DNA from: an uncultured Gemmatimonadaceae bacterium
GTDB lineage: Bacteria; Gemmatimonadota; Gemmatimonadetes; Gemmatimonadales; Gemmatimonadaceae
DNA length: 64,000 nucleotides
NCBI GenBank assembly: GCA_963829055.1
Contig: CAWHHI010000005.1
Coordinates: 1 to 64,000, forward strand
Reading direction: 5' to 3'
Made by a program: the position numbers and the translations under genes. Of this stretch, positions 61,444-64,000 are shown one piece after another. Positions within the stretch are counted from its first letter, which is position 1, and each line of letters opens with the position of its first letter. Below the pieces are notes generated by a model, which had not been told where the DNA came from, searched no databases, and worked only from the letters and a program-made list of their open reading frames with translations.

Positions 61444-63574
61444 TCAGGGAGAGAGTCCCAATCTGCGGAGCAGCTTTGCCCATCGCGGTGAGGAGTGCAG
61501 GACGTCGAATGCTATCGTCGCCTTGATGCTGTGAAGGAATGCGTCACGCTCGGTGTACGCTCGCTCGAGCCACTGGAACGCCGTGTCCGCATCGCGCAGG
61601 CCCGCGTATGCCATCGCGAGACCAAACGACGGTAGGTGATCCTGGTCGGTCGCACGAAGGATCCCGTCGAGGATGGCCCGCGCGTCGTGCGAGAGACCGG
61701 TGACCGCGAGGGCGTATGCCAGACGAGTCGCGCCTCGCGCGCCGCCAAGGGCGGAGACGACTCGGAACGCCGCGACTGCTTCGTCACGGCGATCGAGCCG
61801 CAAGTACGCGTGCCCGAGATGCTCGTGCGCGAGGGCGAGTCGCGGATTCAGCTCCACGGCCGCCTCGAGTAATGGGACTGCCATCTCCGCGCGACCAGCG
61901 CAGAGGTGTAAGCGTCCGAGATTCATGCTCGCCGATGGTGCCAGTGGGTCGACCTTGCGAGCTTGCTCGAGGACCGGCCGCGCCTCGTCGAAGCGTCCCT
62001 GGTACATGAGATAGAGGCCGTAGCGCTGATGCGCGAGGCCGTACCCGGGGTCGAGCGCAATGGCGCGCTCGAACTCCCGCTCGGCCGCCGGCCAGTTCCA
62101 GTCGAAGCTGAAGAGGATGCTTGCGAGCGACGTGTGGGCTTCCGCGAGCGTGCTGTCGAGGGCGAGCGCCCGCGCGACCGCTTCGCGGACCTGCGACACG
62201 TGGTAGTCCTGTGGCCCGTCACCGAGGACCGCTAGCAGCAGGTGTGCATCGGCCAGCCCTGCGTGGGCCCGCGCATAGTTGGCGTCTCGCGTGATCGCCT
62301 GCTCGAAGTAGGCGACCGAGCGGCGCAGATCCTCCTCCGACACGCGATTCTGGAAGTAGCGTCCCTTGAGGTAGAGCTCGTGCGCGACGAGGTCCTCGGT
62401 TGCCGCGCGCTTCTGTGTCGAGACAGTGGGGCCGAGCCTAACGCGCAGAGCATTGGCGATCGCGTGTGCGATTTCCTCCTGCACGGCGAAGACATCCTTC
62501 GTGTCGCGATCGTAAATCTCGGACCAGATGACAGCGCCGTCGCTGGCGCGGATGAGGTGCGCGCCGATCTTGAGCCGCTCTCCGGAGCGTCGGACGCTCC
62601 CCTCGAGCACGTGGTCGACGCGAAGCGACTCAGCGATGGCTCGAACATCCAGCCCCTTGCCCTTGAACGAGAACGAGGACGTTCGCCCGGTGATGATGAG
62701 ACCTGGCAGCTTGCCGATGGTGCCGATCAGCTCGTCCGTCAAACCGTCGCTGAAATGCTCGTCCGAGAGGTCGCCGCCAGTGTTGGCGAAGGGGAGCACC
62801 GCGAGAGTCGCACCCTGCTGTGTCGTCCGCGGTGCGTCCGCTGGTTGCGCGCGGCCGCCACTCTCTCGTCGTCGGACAAGCTCGTTCAACGCCTCCGCGA
62901 ATACAGGATCTGGCTCGATGCCCAGCTCGTCGCGGACGCGGTCGTGAAAACCGCGCGCATGCTGAATGGCGGCTGCGTAGTCACCGGACGCGTCAAGCGC
63001 GCGGAGCAGGCCGACCGCAACCCGCTCGTTGAGCGGCTCTGCCGTCGCGAGTCGTTGCCACGACTCGACTCGCGGTGCGCGCGTCACCGCTCCGATCCGC
63101 GCGCACGGCGAGCGCTTCGAGCGTTTGAGCGAAATCGCGCGCGAGCGAAGTCCGCTCGTCAGACGCCCAGCGCTCGAACCCGTCGGCGCCACGCACATGG
63201 AAGCCGTCGAGAAATGGCCCGCTATAGAGCTTCACCGCCCGCTCGTGGTCGCCATGCCTAACGGCATTGCGGAAGTCGTCGACGTCACTCGACACGTAAC
63301 GCGTGTCGAGCCGCAGATCGGCGGAGGCCAGCAGCAAGTCGGGATGTAACTGTCGGCGAGCGGAATGGACCAGCTGCTTGAGCGACGTCCGGGCGCGCTC
63401 GTCGTCGCGGTCTGGCCAGAGAAGCGCGGTGACGGATTCCCGGGTGAGGCCGCGCGGACCGGCGCCAGCGAGCAAGGCCAGCAAGGAGAGCACCTTGCGC
63501 TGGCCCGACAGCTCGTCGAGCCGCGCGCCACCACGCTCGATGGAGCAACCGCCGAAGGTCCGGATGTAGAGCAT
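61444..63574 (-). CDS. SARP/BTAD + TolB-like + TPR regulator (no TM); frameshift near 63070
   Basis: MLYIRTFG..TRESVTALLWPD..YSGPFLDGF (62993..63574); LAVLPFAN..HFSDGLTDE, TPRs (61444..63198). Confidence 0.88.
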
Positions 63575-63589
63575 CAGTCGCCCCGCAAT

Positions 63590-63616
63590 CTCACTTGGAA
63601 CTCACCCGGATTTTAC
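63590..63616. promoter_or_regulatory. 11-bp periodic direct repeats upstream of BTAD regulator
   Basis: CTCAC 63590, CTCAC 63601, TTTAC 63612. Confidence 0.45.
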
Positions 63617-63686
63617 GAGGTGGCGCTACATACCGCCTCACCAGACGGGCATCAACCACCGAACGCTAACTCCAGAGAGGCTTGTG

Positions 63687-64000
63687 ATGCGATTTCTCGC
63701 CACGTTCCCGCTCCTCGTCGCACTCGTCGCCGCCGGATGTGCTCCCGATGCTCTCACATCGCCACGCTCGGCGACACGTCCGGCGGCACATGCAACCGCC
63801 GATCGGAGCAACCTTGCTTCGCTTCCGATCTCCGGCCGCTGCGCGCTGACGACGCTCGGCAGCGTGCCATACCCGGCGCCCCCGGTGTTCCGGCAGACTG
63901 CGACCGGCGAGTGTCAGCTCTCGCACCTCGGACGCGTCCAGGTTGACTTCGTTCAGGTCGTCAACTTCGCAACCAGGACGCAGCAATCGCTCGAGCTGTC
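63687..64000 (+). CDS. Putative lipoprotein, runs off right edge
   Basis: RBS AGAGG; MRFLATFPLLVALVAAG-C APDALTSP..PISGRC..TATGECQLSHLGR. Confidence 0.75.
   Translation, partial: MRFLATFPLLVALVAAGCAPDALTSPRSATRPAAHATADRSNLASLPISGRCALTTLGSVPYPAPPVFRQTATGECQLSHLGRVQVDFVQVVNFATRTQQSLEL

Larger units (their letters stand above)
1007..63263. repeat. Highly iterated dispersed motif (G)CCTAACG
   Basis: 66 exact CCTAACG/CGTTAGG copies counted by eye (38 plus, 28 minus), 51 with a 5' G. Confidence 0.85.

Noticed and set aside
679..63070. Programmed frameshifting or phase variation in the many split CDSs
   Set aside because: About 20 single indels in unrelated genes with no shared slippery sequence or repeat tract; assembly error is more likely.
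1007..63263. GCCTAAC/GTTAGGC as integron attC R-boxes (RYYYAAC/GTTRRRY), i.e. a cassette array
   Set aside because: The words match the consensus, but most copies are mid-gene, unpaired and lack L-boxes; genes are not co-oriented and no intI is present. Only 54218-54325 is vaguely attC-shaped. An IntegronFinder run would settle it.
1007..63263. Motif as a methylation-induced basecalling artefact
   Set aside because: One recurrent miscall would alter the same position and create missense or nonsense changes; here the motif is synonymous-compatible in every frame and keeps conserved residues.
1..64000. CRISPR array, tRNA/rRNA, prophage, IS, retron or DGR
   Set aside because: No regularly spaced repeats, RNA gene signatures, or integrase, transposase or RT motifs seen. 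The 54613/59294 repeat has one mismatch, not DGR-type adenine variation.

Overview
GC-rich (roughly 70% by eye) bacterial accessory-type region, most consistent with Gemmatimonadota (or Acidobacteriota-like) gene content: two PadR + orphan ABC-permease (ADOP-type) pairs, two ECF sigma + Ser/Thr kinase pairs, six TPR-rich signalling proteins sharing a TolB-like/TPR C-terminal module (kinase, BTAD/SARP or HTH heads), several small secreted lipoproteins, peptidases (M28, M20, S9, serine hydrolase), transporters, a RES-Xre toxin-antitoxin pair, three copies of a REP/MITE-like palindrome and about a dozen gene remnants. Many CDSs carry single indels, probably assembly errors. No rRNA, tRNA, CRISPR, integrase or transposase is visible. 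The most striking unexplained signal is a non-palindromic motif (G)CCTAACG / CGTTAGG(C) that I count 66 times (about 1 per kb) on both strands. It is embedded in genes in all six frames via rare codons, like a DNA uptake sequence or HIP1-type iterated motif. The second is a repeated cassette: a TPR regulator divergent from a small secreted protein, two of them with 11-bp-periodic direct repeats in the intergenic region.
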